A DNA stretch of 64,000 nucleotides from Pelagomonas calceolata (lineage: Eukaryota): the NCBI GenBank assembly GCA_918797485.1, contig CAKKNE010000005.1, positions 4,278,001-4,342,000 on the forward strand. The letters are read 5' to 3'. Under the pieces are notes generated by a model that was not told the DNA's origin, did not search any database, and saw nothing but the letters and a program-made list of their open reading frames with translations. Position numbers and translations under genes: made by a program. Positions 1 through 10,800 of the stretch are shown here, piece after piece. Position 1 is the first letter of the stretch; each line of letters starts with the position of its first letter.

Positions 1-3000
1 TCATCGTCGTTGCCGCGAGCGAGCGCGTGCCGCTCCAAGATAGCCTCCAAGGATCTATCACTCAGAGCCTTCCACTCGTCTCGGTCCAGTTCGCCGTCTG
101 AATTGGTATCACATTCCTTCATCGCGGCTTGCACGCGTGGAGGCACCAAAAATTCGGAAAGGACTGGGTTCCGGCAAGTCTTGATGAACCTCAAAACATC
201 GGGCTTGCCCTTGAGCGCGAGCATGATTTCGGGAAGGCTGAGCGTCCCTGAGCCATCTTCATCTATCAGGTCGAAGATCTTCGCGCAGTTCGCGCGGAAG
301 TCCTTGGCCAGCAGGTCGGCCTGCGGGGAAACAACACCAGTGAGCCGCGCGGGTCTCGAGACGAGAATCGACCGCCACGCCATCGAGCAGACGGCGCGTC
401 GATGGCGTACACGCTCGGCAACAGTAGAAGACCGCCCGTCGAGGTCGAACGAAAGGACCTTTGAGACGCCGCGACCGCGACCTGCTCCTGCGCGTCCCTT
501 TCCCTCTTAGCCTTCAGCCGCCGCTTAATCACGGAATCGTTCGTGTCCATGGTCCTGCTCTTGGCCGCCAACCGCGAGGCGAGCGACTCCTTCTGGACCA
601 CCACTGGCGCGTCCTTGACCCTCTTGCGCCGGGGCGCGCCCTTGGGCTGCGGCGGCTTCAAATCCTCGGGAGTGAGTTCGAGCTCGCCCCGCCGGTAGGC
701 CGCGAGCATGTCACGTAACGCGCGGTCGCGGACGGGTACAATTTTGTCGAGGCCCGGCACGCCCGTCGAGTTGATGTTCCGCGAGTGGTTGAACCATGCA
801 TAAAACTCCGGGAACGACACCGCGCCGGACCGATCGACATCGACCTGCCGGAACGCATCCCGCAACTCATCGCGAGTAGGAGGCTCGTCGACGCCCAACA
901 ATAACCCGTTCTTCATCATCGCGATGAACTCCTGCCGGTCGATCTCTCCACTATTATCAATATCATACATCGAGAACGCGCACTGCAGCACGTCCTTCAA
1001 TTTGTCGTCGCGCGTCGGGAGCTGGGCCGCGGCCTTCATCCGCTCCGACTCCCTATTGTTAGCGGCCTTCTCGAACTCTTTCAGTTCATTGGGATACTTG
1101 TCCTTCAAAACGCGCGAGAGCCAGGCGTCGCGCGCTTGCTGGACCGCACTACTGAGTTCTTGGCGAGCCAGTGCTTGTTTCTGAATCACTTCGCTCCTCT
1201 TGATATTGCCGATCTCTCCACTAAGCCACTCCCTTGCTTCGGTCTGGGCTATTGACGTGTGAATCGCTCGCTCGCCCAAGGCTGATAAATATTTATGTCC
1301 AAGCTCCATCAGTACCCTAGCGCGTTGCAATCGCTCCACTCTGTTCATCAAATGCTCCCTAGCTGCTACTTGACGACGACAGTGCGCCAAGCAACACGCG
1401 CCCACCGCGTTCAGCATATCCACGGCGTTCTCCGTCCTAAAGACCTTCTCGATGGCGCCCCTACCGAGCTTATCCAATGATATGAACATCTTGTCGCGCT
1501 TCTTGTTGGCTATCCTACCCTTCTCGGCCTTGGTGATCAAAATCTTCATGTCTCTTCTCCTTAATATCTGTTGCCGGTGCACGCGCACGGCTAACGTACG
1601 CAATTCGAGTGCCGTGATCGCCCGGGCCTTCTCCGCGGCATGGTACTGCGCCGACACCTCGCGAATGCGTATTAATTCAATCTGCATGATCACCCACGTC
1701 GCGCGCATGTTCTCTCCCCTTTCACTGAGGAAGGTGTGCGCCGCGAGTAGATCCGCGTTCAAGGACAGACACTTCTTGCCGCGCCACGTCAAATATTCAA
1801 AGGCCGCTTTGCGTCTAAAATGCAGCTCCCAGGCCTTGGCCGGGGCGGCCTTGCCTTGGATGAGGGCCGTCTTCTGCTCTCGGGCCGCCCTTGCCCTAAT
1901 CATGAGGTAGCGGTGCGCGTCGTTCCGGTTCTCTCGATGTCTTCTCGCTCGTCCGACGCGCGCCTTGCACCACTGGTAGGCCTTCTGCTTCTTCGTCCAG
2001 TGCTTGTCCGCCGCCTTCGCCAGCACTCGAAAGTAGCAGACGCACGCGGCTCGTTCTCCCGTGAGCTTCAGCCACCTTCCAGAAGCACTCTTGGCTCTCG
2101 CTGTCCTCAAAGCGCCGAAACCTCGCCTCACGAGATAAGCGAAGGCGCCGGCCTTGGCCTCGCGCACCCTCCTCACATGTTCGTCCCAGGTCGTGGGCGG
2201 CCGCTCCTTCGCTACTCTGGAACCTCGATTCCCGTCGGCGCCGCAGCGCAGAGCCCCGGGGATGTACCGGTCGTGCTCCGGCTTCGGCTGCTGCTTATCA
2301 TAGAAGCCCTTGTAAGGCATATCTGCTCGAGGCGCGCCGAACGCCGCGCCCAGTTTCGCGGACGACACAAATAACTCGTAGTCGACGACCGGCTCGGGGA
2401 CCGGGTCAGCTGATTTCTCTGTCGTTGAACGTTGTACAGCAAACCCGCCCGGCTCCTTCCCCACGTCTAATCGATCAACACTGGTAGCGTAGTGGTCCGC
2501 GAGGTGCTGCACTTCATCCTCGGTGAGCGCGTTGCCGGCCGCGACGCGAATAGCTCTTTCAAATTGCGACCGCGCGACCACTCCCGTATTTCTTGGATCT
2601 AGAGATCGCAGCAAAGCCAATAACGGCGTCGGGTCGGCGACCTTCAACGCGTCGGCCTGGGGGCCTTCCTTCGGGCCGTGGACCTGCGCCATACCCATCG
2701 ACATCAATCCAGGCGGCTCTTTCCTTGACGCGGCGTCCTCAAGTAAAGAACGCGCCTTTGCTGCGACATCCTCCTGCTCCTTAATTACGGAAGACGCGTG
2801 GCGCAACCGGTTGGCCTGGGACGGCCGCACCGGCCCCCGTCGCGTCAACAGGCGCGAGTTCGCATCATCCATCACTGGATCGCCGACGCCGTCGCCCAGC
2901 ACACCAGCTAAAGCTCTAGACCAGCCCCTTGCTACTCCTCTTTCCCGCAACCGATCGCCCTCCTCCGCTCGAGCTGCCGAGATCATCTCGCGCTCGCGTC

Positions 3001-4117
3001 GACCTAGATCTAAAGCCGAGAGGAACCTGGCCTCTTCCACGTTGATCGTGCCGACGGGCGGCGCGAACAATCTTTCTAAAAGTCGCACGGTGCGCTTCCT
3101 TCGCGTATTCTGGGGCAGGCCGTGGGCGCTCAGGAACAATTCCGCGTCCACATCCATGTAGGGCGCGCCCATGTCCCTTGTCAAACCGTCCACTTCTCTT
3201 TCTACCGCTGTGGGTGGCAAGGTCACGGTCTCGTCGTCCATGATCAATTCACTGGTCTCCCGTAGCTTCGCGGTCTCCCTTCGTATATCCAACACGGCCG
3301 CCTTGTCTATATCCCTGTGAGGTGAACGCCGCCTTCTACGTCTCCTGACTACTGAAGGCGAGTCCACGGTCTTCGGGCTCCGCGAGTCGTCAGTTCGTCG
3401 CCTCCGCCTCACGACGGACGGCGAGTCGGCCGACGCGGTCCGCCGCGAGTCCACGGAGTTCTCCGGCTTTAGAGTTGATAAAGAATCGGCGTCGTCCCGC
3501 GACGACTCGAACAAAGCGTCTGACTTACGTTCAGGAGACTGCGACCGATCCCTCACAAAAGACGCGGCAAATTCCCGCCGCTTCCCCACCGGCGATCTTT
3601 GATTCGAATCGGGCGGGAACATCTGGAGTAATTTAGTGGCGTTCTCATCCGAAATGGCGTAGGACTGGAAGAGCGCCGAGTCCCTTCTTATATCTTCACG
3701 GAGCTTCTCATTTTGCCGACTCTTGGACGTCGTCGTGACGACGGTCGACGCGTCGTCCCGCTCATCTTCGGGCAGCTGTATCGACGAAGCCAGGAGTCGC
3801 TGAGAGACCTCGCGGCACTTATCGGCGACCTCATGATTATCACAGAAGCGCGCCGCGGCCCGCTGCACCACGGCCGCAGCCCCGGCATCTAACGCCGCGT
3901 CGACGCGCGACGGCACGCTCGTCGCCAATACTAGAGCCTCTAAACCAGCCTGCTGCGCTTTGCTGTCATTTGGCCGCTTCCGCATGAGCCGCACGGCGGC
4001 GGCCGCGGCATTAGCTGCTGCTTTGGTGGCAAGCTCAGGCTCTTCATAATTACGCTCCGCCCGCTCCAATTCATCTAAAGCCCGGGCGAGGCCGGCGCGG
4101 GCGCCCGGCTTGGCCAT
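1..4117 (-). CDS. Large EF-hand Ca2+-binding protein with long helical/coiled-coil regions; intron 321-481; 3' end runs off the window
   Basis: ATG at 4117. EF loops DIDNSGEIDRQE and DVDRSGAVSFPE. Removing the GT..AG intron 481->321 joins QEQ|ADLLAKDFRANCAKIFDLIDEDGSGTLSLPE and DTNSDGELDRDE (two more EF hands), and the frame stays open to position 1. Confidence 0.8.
321..481 (-). mobile_element. 161-bp GT-AG intron, degenerate introner relative
   Basis: CAG|GTCGCG donor. Ends CTCACTGGTGTTGTTTCCCCGCAG, like the intact elements. Contains a 10-bp hairpin stem ACGCCATCGA (377-386) / TCGATGGCGT (399-408). Splicing restores an EF-hand frame. Confidence 0.75.
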
Positions 4118-4544
4118 CCTCTACTGCCTCTGGGTTCTGTGTGCTGCCCTTTTGGTACCGGACGAAGCTGTGGGTTCGCAGCCCTCGCGGAGGACCTGTT
4201 TGGTCGGTCTACGAGAGTTGAGGGTGGCCTGCGGCGCCTGCTCCTCGCGGCGTTGTTGCCGCACAGAGCTATTTTACGGGTTTTCGCCTGCGATCGAGGA
4301 GCCATAGTCCACGCCAGTCGATGCCTCTGACGCCTTTCCTGGCCCGTCGTGGGCAAAGGAACGCGACGGCCTGGCATGCCAAGATGATCCAGCGCCTCTC
4401 ATGCTCTCCCGCGCGGTCGGCCTAAAAGCTGCCTCTGCGATAGATACGCCTCCGCAGCGACGCGTCGAGTATCTCGCGCGCATCTTGGCGTGTTCCTCGT
4501 GCACGGCTTGTGTTATAGGCTGCCTACCCTGCCTCCCAAGAGGC

Positions 4545-4680
4545 GCCGCCTTTGTCGACACCACGCCGTCGGCGAACGACCCCCGGGCTGCCCGAGCATC
4601 CTCTACGCCATCGACGCGACGCCTGCTCGACGGCTTGTCATCACTCGATTCGGTCAGCAGCGTTAGCTATCATTGCACAG
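4545..4680 (+). other. Probable 5'-UTR intron carrying the introner core motif (donor position uncertain)
   Basis: Exact ACGCCATCGACGCGACG at 4605-4621 followed by CCTGCTCGACGGC; ends TTGCACAG 5 nt before the ATG at 4686. Confidence 0.45.
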
Positions 4681-4685
4681 ACAAC

Positions 4686-5327
4686 ATGGGCGCCGGCTGG
4701 CCCAAGCCGAATTTGGTAGAACCCTTCGATGTCTTCCAGGCCTGGGACCACGGCAAGGCGTCGGAGGTCGTCTGCGTCTTCAAGGACAACGAATTCGACT
4801 TCGGCGTCGATGTGGATATTGTGGCCGCTTTATTGGAAGGAGACCGGCAGACAGCAGAGAAGGTAGTAAAGAAGCTCGCGCCGGACGGATCCATCATCAA
4901 CGGGCTGGCCTTCCTGGGTATACTAGCCTTCTTCTCGCGAGCGCCGGACCGCGGCGACGCGCTCCGCGCGAAGGTGGGATTGGCCTTCGACGCCTTTGAT
5001 CTCGAGGACACGAACGATTTATCAAGGGACGAGTTCACGATCGCCCTCTTGTCGTGTTTGCGGGCGCTGACCGTGGCGCTGGGTCGCGGCGTGCCGCCGA
5101 CCGATTCCGATTGCGAGCAGATCGTGAACAAGGCATATACGGACCGGGGGAAGGACTACTCGACGTCGGTCTCGAAGCACGAGTTCTTCGACTTCGTCGC
5201 CGCCGCCGTCGAGGGCTGCGCGGGCTTCGAGGATGTGTTGAGAGGCTTCGGGGTCTCGGGGCTCGCATCGACGCCGGCAGGCGTCGAGGCGGCGCCGGAG
5301 TTGTTTGCGTCGCCGGTAAAGGACTAG
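4686..5327 (+). CDS. EF-hand protein, calcineurin-B/NCS-like, possibly N-myristoylated
   Basis: MGAGW start (Gly2). EF-like loops AFDAFDLEDTNDLSRDEF and KDYSTSVSKHEF. The ORF-track extension upstream of 4686 runs through the intron-like repeat. Confidence 0.7.
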   Translation: MGAGWPKPNLVEPFDVFQAWDHGKASEVVCVFKDNEFDFGVDVDIVAALLEGDRQTAEKVVKKLAPDGSIINGLAFLGILAFFSRAPDRGDALRAKVGLAFDAFDLEDTNDLSRDEFTIALLSCLRALTVALGRGVPPTDSDCEQIVNKAYTDRGKDYSTSVSKHEFFDFVAAAVEGCAGFEDVLRGFGVSGLASTPAGVEAAPELFASPVKD

Positions 5328-5396
5328 TTTTTATACGTGGGGGGTAGCAAAGGAGCTATGTGCACTTCGGCCGCGGCAGAGTAGGGTGGGGCTCGT

Positions 5397-5720
5397 TCAG
5401 AACTTACATTTCGGTAAGCCCGCTCTGTTGCACTGGAACCCGGCGCAGCACGCGTCGAGCTTCTGCTTCACTTCGTCCCCAACGATGCACTGGGATTGTG
5501 TGGCGGTGGACGATACGCCGCACCAGCCGGCGCAAAGTTTCGTGCGCGTGATATCGAACATAAACTCGCCATTCTTCACAAACGGCATGCCGTCCATGCA
5601 GATTGGATTCGTCCAAGCCTTCTTGTCTGGGTTTCCCGGGCAGCCGGACGCCTTCACTTTGACCGAGGGGACCTTCCTCACGGTCTGAGGAACCACGTTG
5701 CCGTCCATCTTGACCGTCGC
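5397..5720 (-). pseudogene. Cys-rich ORF, probably the 3' fragment of a gene
   Basis: GC3-rich coding-like codons and 9 Cys in 103 aa. No signal peptide or upstream spacer; its 5' end abuts an oppositely oriented gene fragment. Confidence 0.4.
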
Positions 5721-5869
5721 GCGAGAACCGCGGCAACCGGCTCGTGCCGCTGCTGGCGGACGACGTCGTCGCGTCGGTCCGTCGAATGTACGCGGAAGAC
5801 TACGCGCTCGTCGAGCGCCTCGCGGGACTGGGCCTCGACGACCTGCTCGCGAACGCGACGAGCGCCTAA
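5714..5869 (+). pseudogene. Orphan 3' end of a sulfotransferase-like gene
   Basis: Reads PSRENRGNRLVPLLADDVVASVRRMYAEDYALVERLAGLGLDDLLANATSA*, resembling the N..Y..D..L C-terminal motif of Golgi-type sulfotransferases. In-frame TGA at 5711-5713 directly upstream. Confidence 0.5.
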
Positions 5870-5887
5870 CCTAATTAAATTTACTCC

Positions 5888-7474
5888 TCATGCGGGAATG
5901 AGATGCGGGTTCCGGTGGAGCAGCGCCTCGATGGGGTTGAAGAAGCCGCAGACCAGCGACATGACGTAGATGGCTAAAGTCAATTTCAGGACCCGCCACT
6001 GCAGCCAGTGGGTCAAGTAGATCAGCTTCGCGAGAACGATCCCAAACAACGCGTAGAACAGGAAGTTGCGCAGGCGCCGCCGCCACGGCGGTATAGGAGT
6101 ATGCGCGAAGTGCTCCGGCCGGAAGCCCGGCGAGCACGGCGCCGCCGTTAGAATCGCGTTGATCTCGTTGACCCAGGCCAGCGCGTCCTCGGTTTTCTCG
6201 CAGCGGAAGCCCCGCTCGTGGCCGAACGGCGTCTCTATGATAAAAGTGTGCGAGCCGGGCCGCCGCAAATCACATTTCGCGACGGCGACGCTCGTGATGG
6301 ACCCGCTCTTGCGCGACCACGCGAGGCGCCCCGGCGCGTACAATATTAATTCGACGTGGTTCGGGTTCACGGCGTTGGTGCGGCGGCCGCGCTTGCAGAC
6401 GCGGCCCCTTTTTAAAATGGTTGGGCCTCCATTTGAACCGTCGAGGACGTCCCCGTCGTCACCATCACGGCGGAGCCGCAGCGACGTCTCCTGCGGTAAT
6501 GATGAAGTACCGGCCTCGATGGCACGCACGTAGTCCTCCACAGATACACCAACATGCTGGCCCTTCAGTTTTTGCTTGGGCACGGCCATCCAGCTCGGAA
6601 TTGAAGACAAAGGGCAGCCCGCGCTGATCATCTCCGGTAAAAATTCCTTGGCGCCGCCACAAAGATGGACCCGGGCCAGAACCTCGGCGGGCAGCATGGG
6701 CTTGATGATCCGCCACGCGATCTGGAAGACGACGGGCGTGTTCGTGACATACAGCGTCTCCATCGCTCCCGGGTAGTGGTCGAGCGACAGGCCGACCATA
6801 TCTCTGATGGCGTTCAGCGTTTTGAGTCCTAGATCCCTCCTCCGCAGACCGCTCAAATCAAACACGTGGACGTGCTCCGTGCGGTCGGGCGTGCCATGCT
6901 TCGCCGACGCTCGAGCTTGTAAAGCTTCCACAATTTCCAGGGTCTGGGCCCGGTTTCTTCTCATGTCGTCCCTTGAGACCTCTTCCAGGAGTTGGGGGAC
7001 GTCCATAGCGCCAAATCGCTCGCACACAACTAAACGGCCGTTCTCATCCTTCCCGTGGACGACACAGGGCCAGAGCCGCTGGTAGGCCTCCCAGGCCGGC
7101 GCCGGCTTCGTGAGCGCGGCGTCGACGTCGTACTCGCGCCGCCACGCTACGGTCTTCTCGAGGACCTCGGCGACCTTCGGCGGCGTGTCGGACGCCGCGG
7201 CGTAGCCGCGCACGACGCGCACGGCCAGGCCCTGGCCGACACATTGTCTTGTCTCATCTGATAACGCCTCGCGGATCGCCGGCCAGCGTAAAGCTTCGGC
7301 CTCGGAGAACGCGTTTGGTGGTGGCGGCACGACGCGGCCCTTTGGTTGTGGTTCCTCCTCCACGTGCTCCGGCTCCTCCGGCTCGAAGTGGCTGCCCAGG
7401 AGCGGGGTCTCCGCGACCGGCGCTCGGGTGGCATCCTCCTCCTCCGGCAGCATCCGCATCGGCGCGGCCTCCAT
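5888..7474 (-). CDS. CRAL-TRIO (Sec14-like) lipid-binding protein with PH-like domain and two C-terminal TM helices
   Basis: WRREY, HGKDENGRLV, HVFDLSGL, DHYPGAMETLYVTNTPVVFQIAWRIIKPML. PH-like KRG..KRG...ALAWVNEI. Hydrophobic tail. First in-frame ATG at 7474. Confidence 0.85.
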   Translation of the reverse strand: MEAAPMRMLPEEEDATRAPVAETPLLGSHFEPEEPEHVEEEPQPKGRVVPPPPNAFSEAEALRWPAIREALSDETRQCVGQGLAVRVVRGYAAASDTPPKVAEVLEKTVAWRREYDVDAALTKPAPAWEAYQRLWPCVVHGKDENGRLVVCERFGAMDVPQLLEEVSRDDMRRNRAQTLEIVEALQARASAKHGTPDRTEHVHVFDLSGLRRRDLGLKTLNAIRDMVGLSLDHYPGAMETLYVTNTPVVFQIAWRIIKPMLPAEVLARVHLCGGAKEFLPEMISAGCPLSSIPSWMAVPKQKLKGQHVGVSVEDYVRAIEAGTSSLPQETSLRLRRDGDDGDVLDGSNGGPTILKRGRVCKRGRRTNAVNPNHVELILYAPGRLAWSRKSGSITSVAVAKCDLRRPGSHTFIIETPFGHERGFRCEKTEDALAWVNEINAILTAAPCSPGFRPEHFAHTPIPPWRRRLRNFLFYALFGIVLAKLIYLTHWLQWRVLKLTLAIYVMSLVCGFFNPIEALLHRNPHLIPA

Positions 7475-7600
7475 CTGCCTCGGGGGATACTGCTGCTGCT
7501 GCACCGATGTGTATCCCTTTGATTCGTGCTGTCTGCTGCGTTGCGGGCTGCCCCAAGCGCCTGTGGTGCAGTGATTTCCAAGCGAGAGCCCTGGCTTCTG

Positions 7601-7624
7601 GCTAGTGTCTTACATGCCGCTAGC
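7601..7624 (+). promoter_or_regulatory. Recurrent upstream CTAG-flanked motif, copy 1
   Basis: GCTAGTGTCTTACATGCCGCTAGC in a divergent intergenic region. Confidence 0.65.
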
Positions 7625-7832
7625 TTTCATGAGGATTATTCTCGCAGGCGTGTTATCGTGAGTCCAGAGGACACACGGGAGAGCCACTGGTCCTGTTACT
7701 GACAGCAGGAAACAGCATACAGTGTGCAGCACAGGAGTGCGGTACCCAACGACCGAACGAGGACTGCGAGCGGCGGACTGCAGCGCTGACAGCACAGCAG
7801 AGAGCAGCAAGCCAGCGCGGGGGCGAGTAGCG

Positions 7833-10800
7833 ATGAGTAATCGTAGCAATGCGCTAGATGGCAAGCCAGCAGAGACAGCAGAGCACACAGCCTGGCCGGA
7901 ACGCGCGTCGAGCTGCTGGAGCCAGCTCACTTTTAGTTATGTCACGCCGCTCCTAAGGAAAGGTGCCCAAAAGACGCTCGACCCCGACGACCTCTGGCCG
8001 GCGTCTGACGAGGAGCGCGTGCGCACGCTGCGGGGCGGCGGCCGCGGCCTCCGTGCGAAACTCAGCGCGGCGTGCGGGGGGCTGATGCGGCGCGCGGGCT
8101 GCTGGCAGGCCGTCGTCTCCGCGGGCCAGCTCGTCCAACCTCTAGTCGTGCGCGCGTTGGTGCTTGCCGTCTCTGAGGACGGCGCGAGGGCCAAAAACGC
8201 CGCGCTGCGCGTGACGGGCTACATCGCGGCCCTCACGATCATCGTGGCCTTCGCGCAGCAGCGGCAGCTCCACCTCGCGACGCGGGCCGGGACGCGGCTG
8301 CGGGCCCTGGCCATCGCGGAGGTCTACGCCGCCGCGGTGCTGCGGAGACGGTCGGACGCGCCCGGCGACGTCGGGACGTTGGTCGGCGTCGACGCGACGA
8401 AGCTCATGGAGGCGTCGCTCGAGCTGCATTTGGTGTGGGCGGCGCCGCTGCAGATCGTCATTGTGTCCGTGTTGTTAGTTTTTTTTGTCGGCGGCGACGG
8501 CGCGGCGGTCGCGGCCGGCATCGTGTGCCTCGTGGCCGTGCTGCCGGTGGCCAAGTGTTTAGGACGGTGGATGATCGCGATCCGCAAACGGCGGATGCCG
8601 GTGACGGACGAGCGCGTCCGCGAGGTCGGCGAGGTGCTCGGAGGCGTCCGCGTGGCCAAGTACAACGGCTGGGAGGCGCTCTGGAGCGCGCGCTGGCGCG
8701 CGCTGCGGTCCATAGAATTGCACCACGTGCGCATGGAGATGTTCGTCTATGGCCTGTCGATGCTCCTCATGGTCACGTCGCCCGTCGTCGCGACGATCGC
8801 GCTCTTCACGACGCACATGACGTCGTCGTCGGATAATTACCTGACGCCGGCGAACGCGTTCACGGTGCTGGCGCTGATCGGGGCTTTGCGCTTCCCCATC
8901 AACAAGCTCGGGACGCTGCTGGGGCAGCTCGCGCAGGCCATCGAGAGCTTCCACCGCATCGAGCAGTTCGTCGGGATGAGTGACGAGGACGATGACGAGG
9001 AGTCGAAGCGCGACGACGACGTTCTCACGGGTGAGGCGCTGGTCGTCGAGCGCGGCGCGTTCCGTTATGCTGAAGGCGCCTTCGTCGCGTGTTCGAGCCG
9101 CCTGGACCTCGCGCTGCGGCCGGGCGAATTGTGTTGCGTCGTGGGCCCCGTCGGGAGCGGCAAGTCGACGCTGATCGACGGCATCCTGGGCGACGCGGCC
9201 GCGTTGGACGGCACGACGGTCCGCTATGATCGGGCGCGCGTCGCGCTGGCGGCGCAGCGGCCGCGCGTGCTGAACGCCTCGGTGCGCCGGAACGTCACCG
9301 CGTTCTCGTCCGAGGGCTTCGACCCGGGGCGCTACGAGCGGGCCCTGGCGGCCGCGCAGCTCGACCAGGACGTCGCGCAGCTGCCGGCCGGCGACTCCAC
9401 GGAGATCGGCGAGCGCGGCGTCACGCTGAGCGGCGGGCAGAAGGCGCGCTTGGCCCTGGCGCGCTGCGTCTACGCGGCGCCCAAGTTGTGTTTGTTGGAC
9501 GACCCGCTGTCCGCGTTGGACGCGTCGACGGGGAAGCGGTGCTTCGACGCGCTGCTGGGCGACCGGGGCGTTTTGAGAGATGCGGCCGTCGTCCTCGTGA
9601 CGCACGGCACGCACTACCTTAGAAGGGCGGACCGCATTATTGTACTGGATGTCGACGGCGGCGTGGCCTTTCAGGGCACGTGGCCCGAGGCCGAGCGCGC
9701 GGCCGCGACGCGGCCGGACGATTCTACAATAGCGCCGCTGGTCGCCGCGCGGGCGCGGGGCCTGTCGCAGGACGACGTCGTCGTGGAAGAAGAAGTTGTT
9801 GTTCCTACAACGAGACGGAAGAGCGACTCGGCCGACGCCGCGCTCATGACGGCCGAGGCCCGCGAGGCGGGCGTCGCCCGGGCGGGCACCTGGTGGGTCT
9901 GGGCACAGAGCGCCGGGGGCTGGTGGTTTTTGTTGGGGCAGGTCCTCACGCTGGCGTTGGATCGGGCTTGTTACGTGGCGACGGAGTGGTGGCTGGCGAA
10001 GTGGGCCGACGCTAGGAGACATCCGGTGGACGTATTTGGATTGGCGACGTTCCCGGCCCAGAACGAGGGGGGCTTGGCGGCGCGCTGGCGCTGGGCGCGC
10101 GTTTACCTGTCGCTGGGGGCGGCTTCTGTGGTTTTTTGTTTCCTACGGACGCAGTGGGGCTTCCAGGGCGGGGTGCGCGCCGCTCGGAAACTCTATGAGG
10201 GCGTCTCGGCGCGGACGCTGAATGCTCCGATGTCCTACTTCGACACGACGCCCCAGGGCCGCGTCGTGAGTCGCTTCACCTTCGACACCGAGCAGATCGA
10301 TGTTTTATTAACTCAGAGAGCCGTGATGTTCATGATCTCGGTGGGCTGGACCATCACGGGCGTGTGCGTCATGATGGCGCTGACGCGGGGCACTATCATC
10401 GTGGGTCTCGTGCCGGCGTTCGGCGTCTACTTTCGCATCCTCCAGTTCTACCGGTCGTCGGCCGTCGATCTACAGAGATTGGATGCTTTGTCGCGGAGTC
10501 CTTTGCAAGCTCTTGTGTCGGAGGGCGTGGACGTCGCGGCGACGCTGCGCGCGTTTGGGGTGGGCAAGGCGTTCGCCGATAGATTTGAGAGAGCGGTGGA
10601 CGGGAACACGTCGGCGTTGCTCGCGTGGACGGCGGCGCAGCGGTGGGTGTCCTTGCGCTATGATCTCTGTGCCGCCGTGATTGCGGTCGCGGGCGGTATT
10701 GCGGCTTCCTATAGGGAGGAGATCGGGATCTCGCCGGCCATGGTCGGTTTATTGATCACGTGGTGCTTCCACCAAGCGATCTCGTTCTACTTTTTGTGCC

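Noticed and set aside
7601..7624. CTAG motif read as a Helitron 3' end or CRISPR-like repeat
   Set aside because: Copies are dispersed singly, have no spacers or shared flanking homology, lack a subterminal hairpin, and the terminal CTAG is not followed by T.
8559..10022. Long antisense or alternate-frame ORFs (e.g. 8559-10022, 20042-21685, 34300-35478, 43440-44828)
   Set aside because: Shadow ORFs of GC-rich real genes; Arg/Ala/Ser-rich with no domain motifs.
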